A stretch of DNA of 32,000 nucleotides from Prochlorococcus sp. MIT 0801 (GCF_000757865.1 NZ_CP007754.1:780001-812000), one strand, 5' to 3'. Positions 1-10,408 are shown, counted from the stretch's first letter. Numbers and translations are program-made. The notes: generated from the letters alone by a model not told the origin.

Positions 1-62
1 TTGGCCTTATGTGCCATAACGTGAATAAGTAAATTACCTGTTAAAAGTCCTTTTAAGCTCCT

Positions 63-575
63 ATGAACAAAAAAACTTCTTTCATCTCGGATTTTAAAGC
101 AATTATTTTTGCTGTATTACTTATAGTTGTTTTGGTACTCCCTGCTAAAAGTGTTTTCGCTAGGACGCCTGCGGAGATTCGCAATCTAGAAGAACTTAAT
201 ATTTCCCAAGATATGTCTAGCCAAGATTTAAGTGGAAATGATTTCGTAAAATTAGATCTGAAGGGCATAAATTTTAGTGAATCAAACCTTACAGGAGCAG
301 TTTTTAATAACAGTAAATTGAATGGAGCAGATTTGCATGGTGCTCAGCTAAATGACGCATTGGCATATGCAAGCGATTTTGAAGGAGCTGATTTAAGGGA
401 TGTCGACTTCAATGGTGCATTATTGATGGAAAGTAACTTCACAGATGCTCTTATTGAGGGAGCCGATTTTACAGATGCGGTGATAAGTCGAATACAACAA
501 AAAGAACTATGTAACATGGCTTCTGGAACAAATTCAAAGACTGATGAGGATACGAGTTACAGTCTAGGTTGCTGA
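63..575 (+). CDS. Pentapeptide-repeat protein with N-terminal signal-like segment (thylakoid-lumen type)
   Basis: ATG ORF. A hydrophobic leader (AIIFAVLLIVVLVLPAKSVFA) is followed by tandem pentapeptide units (NLTGAVFNNSKLNGADLHGAQLNDA...ADLRDVDFNGALLMESNFTDALIEGADFTDAVI). Confidence 0.8.
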   Translation: MNKKTSFISDFKAIIFAVLLIVVLVLPAKSVFARTPAEIRNLEELNISQDMSSQDLSGNDFVKLDLKGINFSESNLTGAVFNNSKLNGADLHGAQLNDALAYASDFEGADLRDVDFNGALLMESNFTDALIEGADFTDAVISRIQQKELCNMASGTNSKTDEDTSYSLGC

Positions 576-595
576 GTTATTAAGCAAAAATAAAA

Positions 596-1639
596 ATGAG
601 CGCTATTCGTCTACCAGTTACGGTAGTTACAGGATTCTTAGGTTCTGGTAAAACAACACTCTTAAGGCATCTTTTACGTGAAGGGAATCAACGTCTAGCT
701 GTAGTTGTTAATGAATTTGGAACAGTTGGTTTAGATGGAGACCTTCTTAAAAACTGTGGGCTTTGCCCTGATGATGAAGTAGATGAAAGAATAGTTGAGT
801 TAAATAATGGCTGCTTATGTTGCACTGTTCAAGAGGACTTCCTTCCTGCAATGGAAGCTTTGCTTCTTAGATCAAATCAGCTTGATGGAATCATTATTGA
901 AACCAGTGGTCTTGCTTTGCCAAAGCCTTTACTTCAAGCTCTTAATTGGCCTGCAATAAGAAATAAGGTTTTTATTAATGGAGTCGTCACTTTAGTTGAT
1001 GGATATGCTCTCTCAAATGGAAGCCCAGTGGGTGATTTGAAAAGTATTAATCAACAAATAACAACTGACAAAAGTATTGATCATTTAACTCCAATAAATG
1101 AGCTTTTTAGAGATCAATTGATTTCTGCTGATCTCGTTTTAATTAGTAGGTCTGATTTGCTTTCTGCAAAAAGTTTTTCATTGGTTAGGGATGAGGTGAA
1201 AAAGCAAGGTAATTCCATTACTAATATTCTGCCAATATCTAATGGAAAAATTGAACCTTCAGTAATTCTCGGCCTTTGCAAAGAACAAAACAATATTTCT
1301 CGAGCAGATCAATATGACCATGACCATGACCATGACCATGACCATGACCATGTTGATGTAATAAGTGAGCATTTAAGATTTGAATTCCCAATTGATAAGG
1401 ATCTATTGAAAGAAATACTTGTAAATCTAGTTCCGGAATATCAAATTCTTCGTATAAAAGGGAGATGCTGGATAGAGGGTAAGGCTTTGCCTCTTCAGAT
1501 CCAAATGGTTGGATGCAGATTTAATTCATGGTTTGAGAGTGCGAATGATGAGTCTTGGAAACCTTCTAAGGCTGGAATTGATTTAGTCTCTTTGAGTCTG
1601 AAAGGCGGAGTTGAAAAAGCTTTTGAATCTTCCTTTTAA
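596..1639 (+). CDS. CobW/COG0523-family G3E GTPase (putative metal chaperone) with His/Asp-rich insert
   Basis: Walker A GFLGSGKTT, the CobW signature NGCLCCT, a (DH)6 stretch and a C-terminal CobW_C-like region (RIKGRCWIEG...). Confidence 0.85.
   Translation: MSAIRLPVTVVTGFLGSGKTTLLRHLLREGNQRLAVVVNEFGTVGLDGDLLKNCGLCPDDEVDERIVELNNGCLCCTVQEDFLPAMEALLLRSNQLDGIIIETSGLALPKPLLQALNWPAIRNKVFINGVVTLVDGYALSNGSPVGDLKSINQQITTDKSIDHLTPINELFRDQLISADLVLISRSDLLSAKSFSLVRDEVKKQGNSITNILPISNGKIEPSVILGLCKEQNNISRADQYDHDHDHDHDHDHVDVISEHLRFEFPIDKDLLKEILVNLVPEYQILRIKGRCWIEGKALPLQIQMVGCRFNSWFESANDESWKPSKAGIDLVSLSLKGGVEKAFESSF
1316..1351. repeat. Perfect hexanucleotide microsatellite (GACCAT)x6 encoding DHDHDHDHDHDH
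   Basis: Six identical GACCAT units counted directly, in frame inside the COG0523 CDS. Confidence 0.95.
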
Positions 1640-1769
1640 TTAATTGGTTCAAATTATTATATTTATATTAAAAATAGGTTGTATTTTTATTTTTATCCGC
1701 GATTCTTTGTGAGTTAGGAGATAATTCTCTTAAAGCAATTTTCTAATAGTTTCTAACCGGACATTTTTC

Positions 1770-1955
1770 GTGAGTCAAGCAGTTTCCACTACCAAGAAAA
1801 ATGATGTTCAGAGTGTTGCCAATGCTTTGAAACTGAAGACCTGCAATAAATGTGGCGGTAATGGTTATATGAAATCTAGCCCAAATTGTTATCACACTTG
1901 TCTGACATGCCTAGGAAAAGGATTAATAAGTGAACAATGTGAAAGTATCAATTAG
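1770..1955 (+). CDS. Small (61 aa) DnaJ-type zinc-finger protein
   Basis: Two CxxCxGxG motifs (CNKCGGNG and CLTCLGKG). GTG is the only start that keeps the first motif. It stands alone between two intergenic spacers. Confidence 0.55.
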   Translation: MSQAVSTTKKNDVQSVANALKLKTCNKCGGNGYMKSSPNCYHTCLTCLGKGLISEQCESIN

Positions 1956-2047
1956 AAATTTATCAAATATTATCTACAATAACTTTGTAACCTTCTTTCT
2001 TGGGTTAACTAAGTGAAGGAAGTAGGAAATCCCATTGATTTTTAAAA

Positions 2048-2320
2048 GTGTCTTTATTTAAAGCAAGAGTTTTTGTTCATTTAAGACCTTCTGTTTTGGA
2101 TCCGGCGGGAGAGGCTACTAGGTCAGCTACTAAGAGATTGGGAATAGATGGAGTTACTCAACTAAGAATTGGTAAATCTATTGAACTTGAGATCGAAGCG
2201 GCAAATAAGGAGGAAGCTCGATCCAAGATTGAGTTAATGAGTGATCGATTGCTTGCAAACCCTGTTATTGAGGACTGGTCTTTGGAATTTAAGGACGAGC
2301 AGAAAACTCTTACAAACTAA
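2048..2320 (+). CDS. purS: Phosphoribosylformylglycinamidine synthase subunit PurS
   Basis: 90 aa; KARVFVHLRPSVLDPAGEA...IELEIEA is a typical PurS sequence. GTG start, and purQ follows 4 nt downstream. Confidence 0.9.
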   Translation: MSLFKARVFVHLRPSVLDPAGEATRSATKRLGIDGVTQLRIGKSIELEIEAANKEEARSKIELMSDRLLANPVIEDWSLEFKDEQKTLTN

Positions 2321-2324
2321 ATAA

Positions 2325-2978
2325 ATGAAAATTGGAATTATTGTTTTCCCTGGATCGAACTGCGACAGGGACGTCAGGTGGGCTACTGAAGGATGCCTGG
2401 GAATTCCTACAAGCTTTCTATGGCATGAAACTACTGACTTAAGTGGTTATGACGCAATTGTTATTCCAGGGGGGTTTAGTTATGGAGATTATTTACGTTG
2501 TGGAGCAATAGCAAGATTCGCACCTGTTTTAAATTCTTTAATCTCTTTTGTTGATAAAGGTGGAAAAGTTCTTGGTATTTGTAATGGGTTTCAAATACTT
2601 ACTGAACTTGGTCTCTTGCAAGGAGCTTTGACAAGAAATAATAATCTACATTTTATTTGTGATAGTGCAAATTTATCTATTGAAAGCACAAAATCATCTT
2701 GGATGAAAAATTATAAAAAACATGATTCTATTTCACTTCCTATCGCTCATGGAGAAGGGAGATATCAATGTAGCAATGACGTCTTGAAAAAATTGCAAGA
2801 TGATGATTCGATTGCTCTAAGATACGCTCATAACCCAAATGGATCCATCAATGATATTGCTGGAATTACAAATAAAAAAGGAAATGTTTTGGGGATGATG
2901 CCACATCCTGAAAGAGCTTGTGATGATGCATTAGGTAATATTGATGGCAAGTCAATTCTTAGTACACTTCTTTCTTGA
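2325..2978 (+). CDS. purQ: Phosphoribosylformylglycinamidine synthase I, glutamine amidotransferase subunit PurQ
   Basis: [16 protein letters not shown] start, nucleophile context GICNGFQ, and C-terminal MMPHPER (triad His/Glu). Confidence 0.93.
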   Translation: MKIGIIVFPGSNCDRDVRWATEGCLGIPTSFLWHETTDLSGYDAIVIPGGFSYGDYLRCGAIARFAPVLNSLISFVDKGGKVLGICNGFQILTELGLLQGALTRNNNLHFICDSANLSIESTKSSWMKNYKKHDSISLPIAHGEGRYQCSNDVLKKLQDDDSIALRYAHNPNGSINDIAGITNKKGNVLGMMPHPERACDDALGNIDGKSILSTLLS

Positions 2979-2997
2979 ATTTATAAATCAAGGCATT

Positions 2998-3035
2998 AAA
3001 AAAGCTGCTATCAAAATGAGAGATAGCAGCTTTTT
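2998..3035. terminator. Bidirectional rho-independent terminator shared by purQ (+) and the aldolase gene (-)
   Basis: Perfect 10-bp stem AGCTGCTATC (3003-3012) / GATAGCAGCT (3022-3031) with a 9-nt loop. An A-run lies on the left and a T-run on the right, between two convergent stop codons. Confidence 0.75.
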
Positions 3036-3050
3036 GTTAGCTTTTTTAGA

Positions 3051-4118
3051 TTAGTACTTGTATCCAGCTACAAATAATTGCTCATCAGAAGAAGGCTGAG
3101 AACCAGCAACATACAATCCTTTTGATGCCTCAGAGTTTGCTTGAGCTCTAGCTATGAGTGCTTTTTGTCCATCAGAAGTGTTAGAGCCTTTCCATGCTTT
3201 TAGACATGAATGTTGTAAAGCACGACCATATGAGAATGAAACATTCCACTTAGCCTTTCTGTCGATCTTATTCATCAGATTTAGATAAACTGATGCAGCT
3301 TCCTCGCTCAATCCACCTGAAAGGAAAGTAATACCAGGGACACTTGCAGGTACACAGCGTTCCATTGTACGGATTGTCATTTCAGCTACTTGCTGAGGAT
3401 CAGCTTTTGTTGAGCTGTCAGCACCTTGAACAGTCATTGATGGCTTCAGAAGAGTTCCCTCTAGAAGTACTCCGTTTACCTGGCAAGCTAAGTAAACTTC
3501 TTTAATTACTTCTTCTTGAACTGCTGCTGTCTTTTCAATTGAATGTGAACCATCCATTAAGATTTCTGGTTCAATAATTGGAACCAAGCCAGATTCTTGA
3601 ACTGATCTAGCGTATCTTGCTAAACCCCAAGCATTTTCTCTAATAGAAAGTTTAGAAGGACAACCATCGTCTGTTATTTGAAGTACTGCTCTCCACTTGG
3701 CAAATCTTGCACCTTGCTCGTAATAATCAGCAGCTCTTTCAACAAGACCGTCTAAACCTGAACAAAAAGTTTCTACATCATGTCCACCGGCTAATGGTCT
3801 TAGACCTTTGTCAACTTTGATTCCTGGAATTATCCCTAGCTTCTCAAGCTTTTTAACCATTGGCTCACCATCTGGATGGTTCTGGAAAAGAGTTTCTTCA
3901 AAAAGAATCGCTCCGCTTATAAAGTTTCCAAGACCTTCTGTGGTGAAAAGCATACCTCTATATGCTTTTCTGTTGTCCTCAGTGTTCTCAACACCTATTG
4001 AAGCAAGCCTTTTACCTACTGTTTTCGTTGACTCATCAACAGCAAGAATCCCTTTGCCTGGCTGGGCTATGGCACTTGCGGTCTTCTTTAGTTCTTCTGC
4101 GTAGTACGAGAGTGCCAT
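3051..4118 (-). CDS. fda: Fructose-bisphosphate aldolase, class I
   Basis: 355 aa. The N-terminus ...GKGILAVDESTKTVGKRL... and LLKPSMTVQG (Schiff-base Lys region) are characteristic of class I FBA. Confidence 0.9.
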   Translation of the reverse strand: MALSYYAEELKKTASAIAQPGKGILAVDESTKTVGKRLASIGVENTEDNRKAYRGMLFTTEGLGNFISGAILFEETLFQNHPDGEPMVKKLEKLGIIPGIKVDKGLRPLAGGHDVETFCSGLDGLVERAADYYEQGARFAKWRAVLQITDDGCPSKLSIRENAWGLARYARSVQESGLVPIIEPEILMDGSHSIEKTAAVQEEVIKEVYLACQVNGVLLEGTLLKPSMTVQGADSSTKADPQQVAEMTIRTMERCVPASVPGITFLSGGLSEEAASVYLNLMNKIDRKAKWNVSFSYGRALQHSCLKAWKGSNTSDGQKALIARAQANSEASKGLYVAGSQPSSDEQLFVAGYKY

Positions 4119-4258
4119 TTATGCAACAAAAATTTCATTAAGATTATTCCATATCAAAGGCCCTTTTTGTTGCTTATTACACCTAAAAAGTTTTTTATTT
4201 TTTTTAATCCAATAATTAATTCTAAAAATTATTTTTACTTGAGTTGAATTGGATTTGT

Positions 4259-5359
4259 TCAATTGATTTCTATCTTCATACCTATTGAGTTTGATTCCTT
4301 TACCTTATCGCAAACTATTTGGCTGGCTAATCCCTCGACTAAGCCAGGAATTACTGGGGTTCCATCTGCAATGCTTTGAGCCCACCAGTTTTGGATTCTT
4401 GCTACTGGAGCTATTCGACCATCTGTCCATATTTTTGAAAAAGATAGGTCAGAGTCAGGTTGGATATTTTTAAGAACGTCTCCTTTATTTGAGTGCCAAA
4501 GCCCAAATCCGTGAACATAATCGTTCTGGTTCTCGCTGCTAAGAACAAGTGTTCCATTGCTTCCATAGATTTCCAGACTAAAACCCCTACTTTGTTTTGT
4601 TACGGCAGATAAATTTACTTGGGCTGGAATTAAATTGTTATTAATGCTTTTTATTTGTAGTTGAGAAATACTTACATCTTCACTTGTCACTTTTTTAATG
4701 GTTTTTAATTGTGGACACTCTCTTTCTTTAATTGAAGTTGAATTTATTGCGCTCAAAGAATGAGTAGGACCAATTAGCCAATGAATCATGTCAAAAGCAT
4801 GGGTTCCCAAGGCTCCCAGAACCCCTCCACCGGAATTTTCATCTGAATACCAATTCCATGGCCTATCTGGATTAGCCCTGCTACTCATTAGCCAATCAAG
4901 CTTTACAAAATATGGTTCATCTAGTTTTTCCTCGGTAATTATTCGCTTTGCTTGCATGAATAGCGGAACAGCCCGATATTCGTAATCAACAGCTATTTTT
5001 AAATTTCTTTTGAGTGCGTTTCTTTGAAGATCCATCACCTCATAAGCATTTAAACAAGTTGGCTTTTCAAGTAAAAGATGTTTTCCTCCTTTAATTGCCT
5101 CTAGTGCAAGCTCGTATCTGGGTTCTGGCGGAGTAGCTATGATTATTCCATCTACTTTGGAATCATTTACTAAATCCTCCCAGGTCTCGTAGGCACGAAG
5201 ATTGTGCTTATTGCAGGCTTCTTTAAGCCTTTCTGGCCGAGGATGCCACAATCCCACAAGCTCAATATTCTTATTAGATAATGATGCAGGAATATGAACA
5301 CTTTCACCGAAACCTAGTCCTGCAATTGCTATGCGAATCGGATGATCTGTATTGATCAT
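4259..5359 (-). CDS. Gfo/Idh/MocA-family NAD(P)-dependent oxidoreductase
   Basis: N-terminal Rossmann motif IRIAIAGLGFG, the EKP motif (LLLEKPTC), and a C-terminal alpha/beta domain of typical length (366 aa). Confidence 0.8.
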   Translation of the reverse strand: MINTDHPIRIAIAGLGFGESVHIPASLSNKNIELVGLWHPRPERLKEACNKHNLRAYETWEDLVNDSKVDGIIIATPPEPRYELALEAIKGGKHLLLEKPTCLNAYEVMDLQRNALKRNLKIAVDYEYRAVPLFMQAKRIITEEKLDEPYFVKLDWLMSSRANPDRPWNWYSDENSGGGVLGALGTHAFDMIHWLIGPTHSLSAINSTSIKERECPQLKTIKKVTSEDVSISQLQIKSINNNLIPAQVNLSAVTKQSRGFSLEIYGSNGTLVLSSENQNDYVHGFGLWHSNKGDVLKNIQPDSDLSFSKIWTDGRIAPVARIQNWWAQSIADGTPVIPGLVEGLASQIVCDKVKESNSIGMKIEIN

Positions 5360-5380
5360 TCTTTTAAATAATTTATGAGT

Positions 5381-5785
5381 TTAAACATTTTCGCAGCTAT
5401 CTGAAATCACATCATCTAATAGTTTATCTCCATTAGGGTCTTCCCATTTTGCGGATAAATTTTTTTTACCATTAACTGAAATATCTTTGAATTTATTAGT
5501 CATACAATTGATTTTCATTATATAAATATTCTCATCTATTTCCTTTGAAGTACTAGGGGTAATTTTTATGTATTTTGTGGTTAGTTCTATTATTCCTTTT
5601 TCTTCAATATCAATACTATCTCTATCTAAATATTGAACTCCCGTAGGCGTTCGACTAACTTCAACCCAATTAGTATTGGCTCCATATACTATATTTGTAC
5701 TATTGAAAAAAATTAATAATATTAATACTAATATATTCAAGAGTAAATCAAAATTATTTTTTATTTTTTGATTTATTTTAAGCAT
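5381..5785 (-). CDS. Hypothetical secreted/periplasmic protein (134 aa)
   Basis: ATG ORF with a signal-like hydrophobic segment ([14 protein letters not shown]...VYGA). Its start overlaps the accD stop by 8 nt. No family recognised. Confidence 0.5.
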   Translation of the reverse strand: MLKINQKIKNNFDLLLNILVLILLIFFNSTNIVYGANTNWVEVSRTPTGVQYLDRDSIDIEEKGIIELTTKYIKITPSTSKEIDENIYIMKINCMTNKFKDISVNGKKNLSAKWEDPNGDKLLDDVISDSCENV

Positions 5786-6662
5786 TAGTTTGTAATTTTA
5801 CTTCTTGTGTCTTATGTAATCGAAGTATCTTTGCCAAAGTTTCTTTAAGTTCTGTTCTTGGTACAATGGTATCTACGAAACCATGATCTTGAAGATATTC
5901 TGCTGTTTGAAAATTATCAGGAAGTTTTTCTCTTAGTGTTTGTTCAATTACTCTTCTCCCTGCAAATCCAATAAGTGCTTTGGGTTCTGCAAGTATTAAA
6001 TCTCCAAGCATTGCAAAACTAGCAGTAACTCCTCCAGTGGTGGGATGTGTAAGTAAAGGCATATAGAGCAACTGTGCCTCTCTATGTCGTTCAAGCGCCC
6101 CTGAAATTTTTGCCATTTGCATCAGACTTAACATCCCTTCTTGCATTCGCGCACCACCCGAAGCGCAAACAATTAGCAATGGCAGCTTTTGTTTGGTTGA
6201 ATGTTCGATAAGCCTTGTGATCTTCTCTCCTACAACAGATCCCATTGAGCCACCCATGAATCTGAAGTCCATTACAGCTAGTGCCATAGGAATAGAATTA
6301 ACTTCGCATGTCCCTGTTAAAACACCATCTTTAAGACCAGTGCTAGCTTGACTTTCTCTTAGCCTGTCTGCGTAAGCTCGTCGATCTTTAAAACCAAGAG
6401 GGTCAACTGGAGTTAAATGAGTATTGATTGATTTGAATGTATTTGGATCAGAAATTAGTCTTATTCTCTCTTTACTATCTATTCGATTGTGATGCCCACA
6501 GTTACTACAAACACTGCAATTATCTATTAAATCTTTTCTATAAACTACTTGTCCGCATTCTGGACATTTCTCCCATAGTCCATCACTTTCTTCAGATTCC
6601 TGAGTGACTTTGCCAACAAATTGGCCTTTCCTTCTATCAGCAAACCAGTCGAATAATGACAC
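5778..6662 (-). CDS. accD: Acetyl-CoA carboxylase carboxyltransferase beta subunit
   Basis: N-terminal zinc ribbon CPECGQ...CSNCGHH followed by the carboxyltransferase domain ([27 protein letters not shown]). Confidence 0.93.
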   Translation of the reverse strand: MSLFDWFADRRKGQFVGKVTQESEESDGLWEKCPECGQVVYRKDLIDNCSVCSNCGHHNRIDSKERIRLISDPNTFKSINTHLTPVDPLGFKDRRAYADRLRESQASTGLKDGVLTGTCEVNSIPMALAVMDFRFMGGSMGSVVGEKITRLIEHSTKQKLPLLIVCASGGARMQEGMLSLMQMAKISGALERHREAQLLYMPLLTHPTTGGVTASFAMLGDLILAEPKALIGFAGRRVIEQTLREKLPDNFQTAEYLQDHGFVDTIVPRTELKETLAKILRLHKTQEVKLQTNA

Positions 6663-6733
6663 TGCTATTTTGTAATTGAAATTAATTTAATACCTTGAGT
6701 CCCCTTAAAGGGATTACAAAGTTTGAATCTTAT

Positions 6734-7198
6734 CTATAATCCATGAAGAAAATATCCCAATTGATAGAAAAGGCGCAAAGGGATACTCTTCAAATGGTAT
6801 AAATCTTTTAGTAATTTTCCATGTAAACTATATATAGCTGAAAGTAAAAATGAAATATACAATGACAAAAAGCTGAATTCAATACCGAGCCATATTGTAC
6901 TAATGGAAGAGAGTTTTATATCACCCAGGCCTAATGAATTTATTCCAAAGATTTTATAGCTTATATAACTTATTGAATACATTACTATGAAGATAATAAT
7001 CATCGATAAAGAATTATTTGTTATTAAGTCTTTAATATCTATTTTGTCGTTTGACAAGCCTAGACATGCCAAGTAAATAATACCTGATAGGGCAAAGATT
7101 GTTAATTTACTTTCACTTATTAGAATTGTGTTTATATCTTCTATCGATATAGAAAACAAAATATATAAAAGTATAAAAGTAAAGGATATGATAATCAC
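6734..7198 (-). CDS. Minimal A24-family (prepilin peptidase-like) polytopic membrane aspartyl protease, 154 aa
   Basis: Multiple TM segments. Candidate catalytic Asp residues lie in SIEDINTILI and GLGDIKL (G-x-G-D-x-K motif). The C-terminal KSIPLRLFYQLG resembles the conserved IPFGPFL end of PilD-type enzymes. There is no N-terminal methyltransferase domain. Confidence 0.55.
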   Translation of the reverse strand: MIIISFTFILLYILFSISIEDINTILISESKLTIFALSGIIYLACLGLSNDKIDIKDLITNNSLSMIIIFIVMYSISYISYKIFGINSLGLGDIKLSSISTIWLGIEFSFLSLYISFLLSAIYSLHGKLLKDLYHLKSIPLRLFYQLGYFLHGL

Positions 7199-7259
7199 TA
7201 TTAATTATTTACTTTATCTATTAATAATAGATATTATTATCTTTGATTGATTGAATTTG

Positions 7260-8162
7260 TTATCCTGCCGCCTTTTTCTCTTCTATCATTTTATGAATAA
7301 TAGGTGTAAGAATAAGCTCCATAGCAAATCCCATTTTCCCTCCGTTAACAACAATACTTGTAGGACTTGACATGAAGGAATCGTGAATCATTCCTAATAA
7401 GTACTGGAAGTCAATTCCCCATTTTTCTCTTGAACCTTTTCTGAAATGAATAATTACAAAGCTTTCGTCAGGTGTTGGAATATTTCTGCAAATAAATGGG
7501 TTTGACGTATCAATTGTAGGTACTCTCTGGAAGTTGATATCTGTTCGACTGAATTGGGGGCATATGTGATTAATGTAATCAGGCATTCTTCTCAGAATCG
7601 TATCTACGATTGTTTCGGCTGAGTATCCCCTTTCTGCGTTATCTCTATGGATTTTTTGTATCCATTCGAGATTGGTAATTGGTACTACACCAACAAGTAA
7701 ATCAGCGAATGAGGCCACATCATAATCTTTTCCTACTACTCCACCGTGTAGTCCCTCGTAAAACAAAAGGTCGGTTCCTGTTGGAATATCTTCCCAGGGA
7801 GTGAATTGACCTGGATCTAATTTTGTTCCTAAACGAGTGTTGTGTTCCTCGGCTTCTTCTGGGCTATGTAAATAATATCTTTTCTGACCTCCGCCAGTTT
7901 TTCCATATTGATTGAATAGGTCTTCTAATTTGTCGAATAAATTTGCCTCTGGTCCAAAATGAGAAAAGTTTTCACCTCTTGAAAGTGCTTCAGACATTGC
8001 CTTTTTCATAGGCATTCTTTCAAAACGGTGATAACTATCTCCTTCAACAACTGCAGGAACAATCTTTTCTCGAGCAAATATATGCTCAAATGCTCTTTTA
8101 ACGGTGCTTGTTCCTGCTCCGGATGAACCAGTTACAGCTACTACTGGGTGAAGCTTTGACAT
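7260..8162 (-). CDS. prk: Phosphoribulokinase
   Basis: VVAVTGSSGAGTSTVKRAFEHIF P-loop start and overall cyanobacterial/plant PRK-type sequence (300 aa). Confidence 0.95.
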   Translation of the reverse strand: MSKLHPVVAVTGSSGAGTSTVKRAFEHIFAREKIVPAVVEGDSYHRFERMPMKKAMSEALSRGENFSHFGPEANLFDKLEDLFNQYGKTGGGQKRYYLHSPEEAEEHNTRLGTKLDPGQFTPWEDIPTGTDLLFYEGLHGGVVGKDYDVASFADLLVGVVPITNLEWIQKIHRDNAERGYSAETIVDTILRRMPDYINHICPQFSRTDINFQRVPTIDTSNPFICRNIPTPDESFVIIHFRKGSREKWGIDFQYLLGMIHDSFMSSPTSIVVNGGKMGFAMELILTPIIHKMIEEKKAAG

Positions 8163-8249
8163 CGACGCTTATGTATTGACTTTCATTTTTACAGGTCAAC
8201 TGACCCTCAAAGTGAAACTATTCGCAGAGTTTTTTAATTTGTGAACTAA

Positions 8250-9329
8250 TTATTTTAATTTTTCCGCCAATAGTTCACCCATTTGAGAGCAACCAACCTG
8301 TTTAGTCGTCTGATTGCTCATTAAGTCAGAAGTTCTATAACCGTCATTAAGAATTTCGTTAATTGCATTTTCTAAAAAAGTTGCTGCTTCTTTTTCATTA
8401 AGGGCAATTTTTAACATCATTGCAGCAGATAAGAGCATTGCTATTGGATTAGCTATATCTTTTCCTGCGATGTCAGGAGCTGAGCCATGAACAGGTTCAA
8501 ACACACCTGGCCCATCAGTGGTTAACGAAGCAGAAGGAAGCATGCCAATTGATCCTGTCAGCATGGCTGCAATGTCGCTAAGAATATCTCCAAATAAATT
8601 ACCTGTAAGAATCACATCAAATTGGCTTGGATTTCTAACAAGTTGCATTGCTGCATTGTCTACATATTGATGCGTAAGTTCTATATCTTTGTATTTGTTA
8701 GACACCAATATTGTTTCCTCTCTCCATAGTTGACTTACATCTAAAACATTAGCTTTATCAACTGAGCAAACTTTTTGATTTCTTTGTTTGGATAATTTAA
8801 AAGCAATTTCTGCTATTCGTTTAACTTCCTCGGAGGTGTATGTCATCGTGTTAAATGCTCTTTCTCCTTTATCTGTTTTTATCCTTCCTTTTGGTTCTCC
8901 AAAGTAAATACCGCTGGTAAGTTCTCTAACTACTACTAAATCAACTTCTTTAACAAAGTCTTCTTTCAAGCTACTTGCTTTTGTTAAGGATGGAATTATT
9001 TTTACTGGCCTTATATTTGCAAAAAGATCCAAAGAAGATCTGAGATTGAGTAGGCCTGTTTCAGGCCTTTTCTCTCTAGGTAATTCGTCATACTTTGGGT
9101 CTCCTATTGCCGCTAACAAAACAGCATCAGAGTTCTTACATTCTTGAAGAGTTCTATCTGGGAAGGGGATACCATCTGAATCTATTGCTGATCCACCAAA
9201 AGGCATTTCTTTAAATTTGATTTCAAAGCCAAATTTCCTTGAGACTAGGTCAAGGATTTTATGAGTGACGTTTGTTATCTCTGGACCAATTCCATCTCCT
9301 GGCAATAATGTTATTTTGTAAGACTTCAT
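8250..9329 (-). CDS. leuB: 3-isopropylmalate dehydrogenase
   Basis: ITLLPGDGIGPEI N-terminus, NLFGDILSD motif, GSAPDIAGK motif; 359 aa. Confidence 0.95.
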   Translation of the reverse strand: MKSYKITLLPGDGIGPEITNVTHKILDLVSRKFGFEIKFKEMPFGGSAIDSDGIPFPDRTLQECKNSDAVLLAAIGDPKYDELPREKRPETGLLNLRSSLDLFANIRPVKIIPSLTKASSLKEDFVKEVDLVVVRELTSGIYFGEPKGRIKTDKGERAFNTMTYTSEEVKRIAEIAFKLSKQRNQKVCSVDKANVLDVSQLWREETILVSNKYKDIELTHQYVDNAAMQLVRNPSQFDVILTGNLFGDILSDIAAMLTGSIGMLPSASLTTDGPGVFEPVHGSAPDIAGKDIANPIAMLLSAAMMLKIALNEKEAATFLENAINEILNDGYRTSDLMSNQTTKQVGCSQMGELLAEKLK

Positions 9330-9355
9330 TTGTACTTATTCATCAAGGGAAAAAC

Positions 9356-10408
9356 TTACCTGGAGTTTCTGCGATCTAAATGACGGATAGCTTTTGCTAT
9401 CTCAGGTAGTTTTTTGAAATTAGCAGAGCATCTCAACCAAAGTTTATTTGGAATAGCTGGGAAGCCGCTAACAACAGTTCCTGCCTCGATATTTGATATT
9501 ATTCCTGTTTTTGAACTTGCTATCACGCCATCTCCAATTTTAATTTTATTGCTCACGCCCACTTGTCCCGCAAGTATAACTGCGTTTCCAATCTGTGCTC
9601 CTCCAGCAATACCAACTTGAGCAGCCATAGCGCATCCTTTTCCGGTAGTAACTCCATGACCAATTTGAACTAGGTTATCAATTTTTGTATCTTCACCAAT
9701 TATTGTCTCTCCTACTGAAGGCCTATCAATCGTTGATCCACTACCAACTTCTACTTTATTTTTTAAAATAACTATTCCAACTTGAGGCATTTTCTTCCAT
9801 CCATTTGATGTGGGCACGAATCCAAAACCTTCACCACCAATAACAGCATTGGCATTAATTACACATTTGTCACCAAGTTTAGATCCAGAATGAATAACAC
9901 TATTTGCGTGAATTAAATTTTTGGCACCAATTCTTACATTTCTATATAGAACAACGCCTGCATGAATGATAGTCCCAGCTCCAATTTCTGTATTATCTCC
10001 AATATAAGCATTAGCTCCGATTGAAACTCCAAGACCAATTTTTACATTCTGACCGATGACCGCACTTTTATGTATACCTTCTCTTTCTATCTCAGATGGA
10101 TAAAGAAACTCTAATGTTTCAGCAAAAGCAATCTTGGGCTCTTTAAGTATTATCCAATCAACTGAAATTTTCTTTGCTATTTCAATAATATAAGTATCAT
10201 TTGCTGGTAATAATAGAGCAGATGCTTTTGAAGTCTCTATGAGATTTCTAAGATTTAATGGACTATTATTGTCTAGAAAACTTATGTCATTAACCTTGGC
10301 TTTTTCTAAAGAAGCTGCGGTTAAAATAACTGGATTGTTTTTTATTTTAAAGTCAACGACACCAGATTGACCTTTCTTCAGTTTTTCGACAATTTCAATG
10401 AATTGCAT
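9356..10408 (-). CDS. lpxD: UDP-3-O-acylglucosamine N-acyltransferase
   Basis: 350 aa. A long run of left-handed beta-helix hexapeptide repeats (IGxxxxIG...) follows an LpxD-type N-terminal domain. Confidence 0.9.
   Translation of the reverse strand: MQFIEIVEKLKKGQSGVVDFKIKNNPVILTAASLEKAKVNDISFLDNNSPLNLRNLIETSKASALLLPANDTYIIEIAKKISVDWIILKEPKIAFAETLEFLYPSEIEREGIHKSAVIGQNVKIGLGVSIGANAYIGDNTEIGAGTIIHAGVVLYRNVRIGAKNLIHANSVIHSGSKLGDKCVINANAVIGGEGFGFVPTSNGWKKMPQVGIVILKNKVEVGSGSTIDRPSVGETIIGEDTKIDNLVQIGHGVTTGKGCAMAAQVGIAGGAQIGNAVILAGQVGVSNKIKIGDGVIASSKTGIISNIEAGTVVSGFPAIPNKLWLRCSANFKKLPEIAKAIRHLDRRNSR

Noticed and set aside
53-268. 71-aa minus-strand ORF overlapping the start of the pentapeptide-repeat gene
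   Set aside because: It is antisense to a CDS with a clear repeat signature and has no features of its own.
3808-4104. 98-aa plus-strand ORF inside the aldolase gene
   Set aside because: It lies entirely antisense to a confidently identified, conserved CDS. Its composition (Ser/Pro/Phe-rich) is typical of antisense frames in an AT-rich gene.
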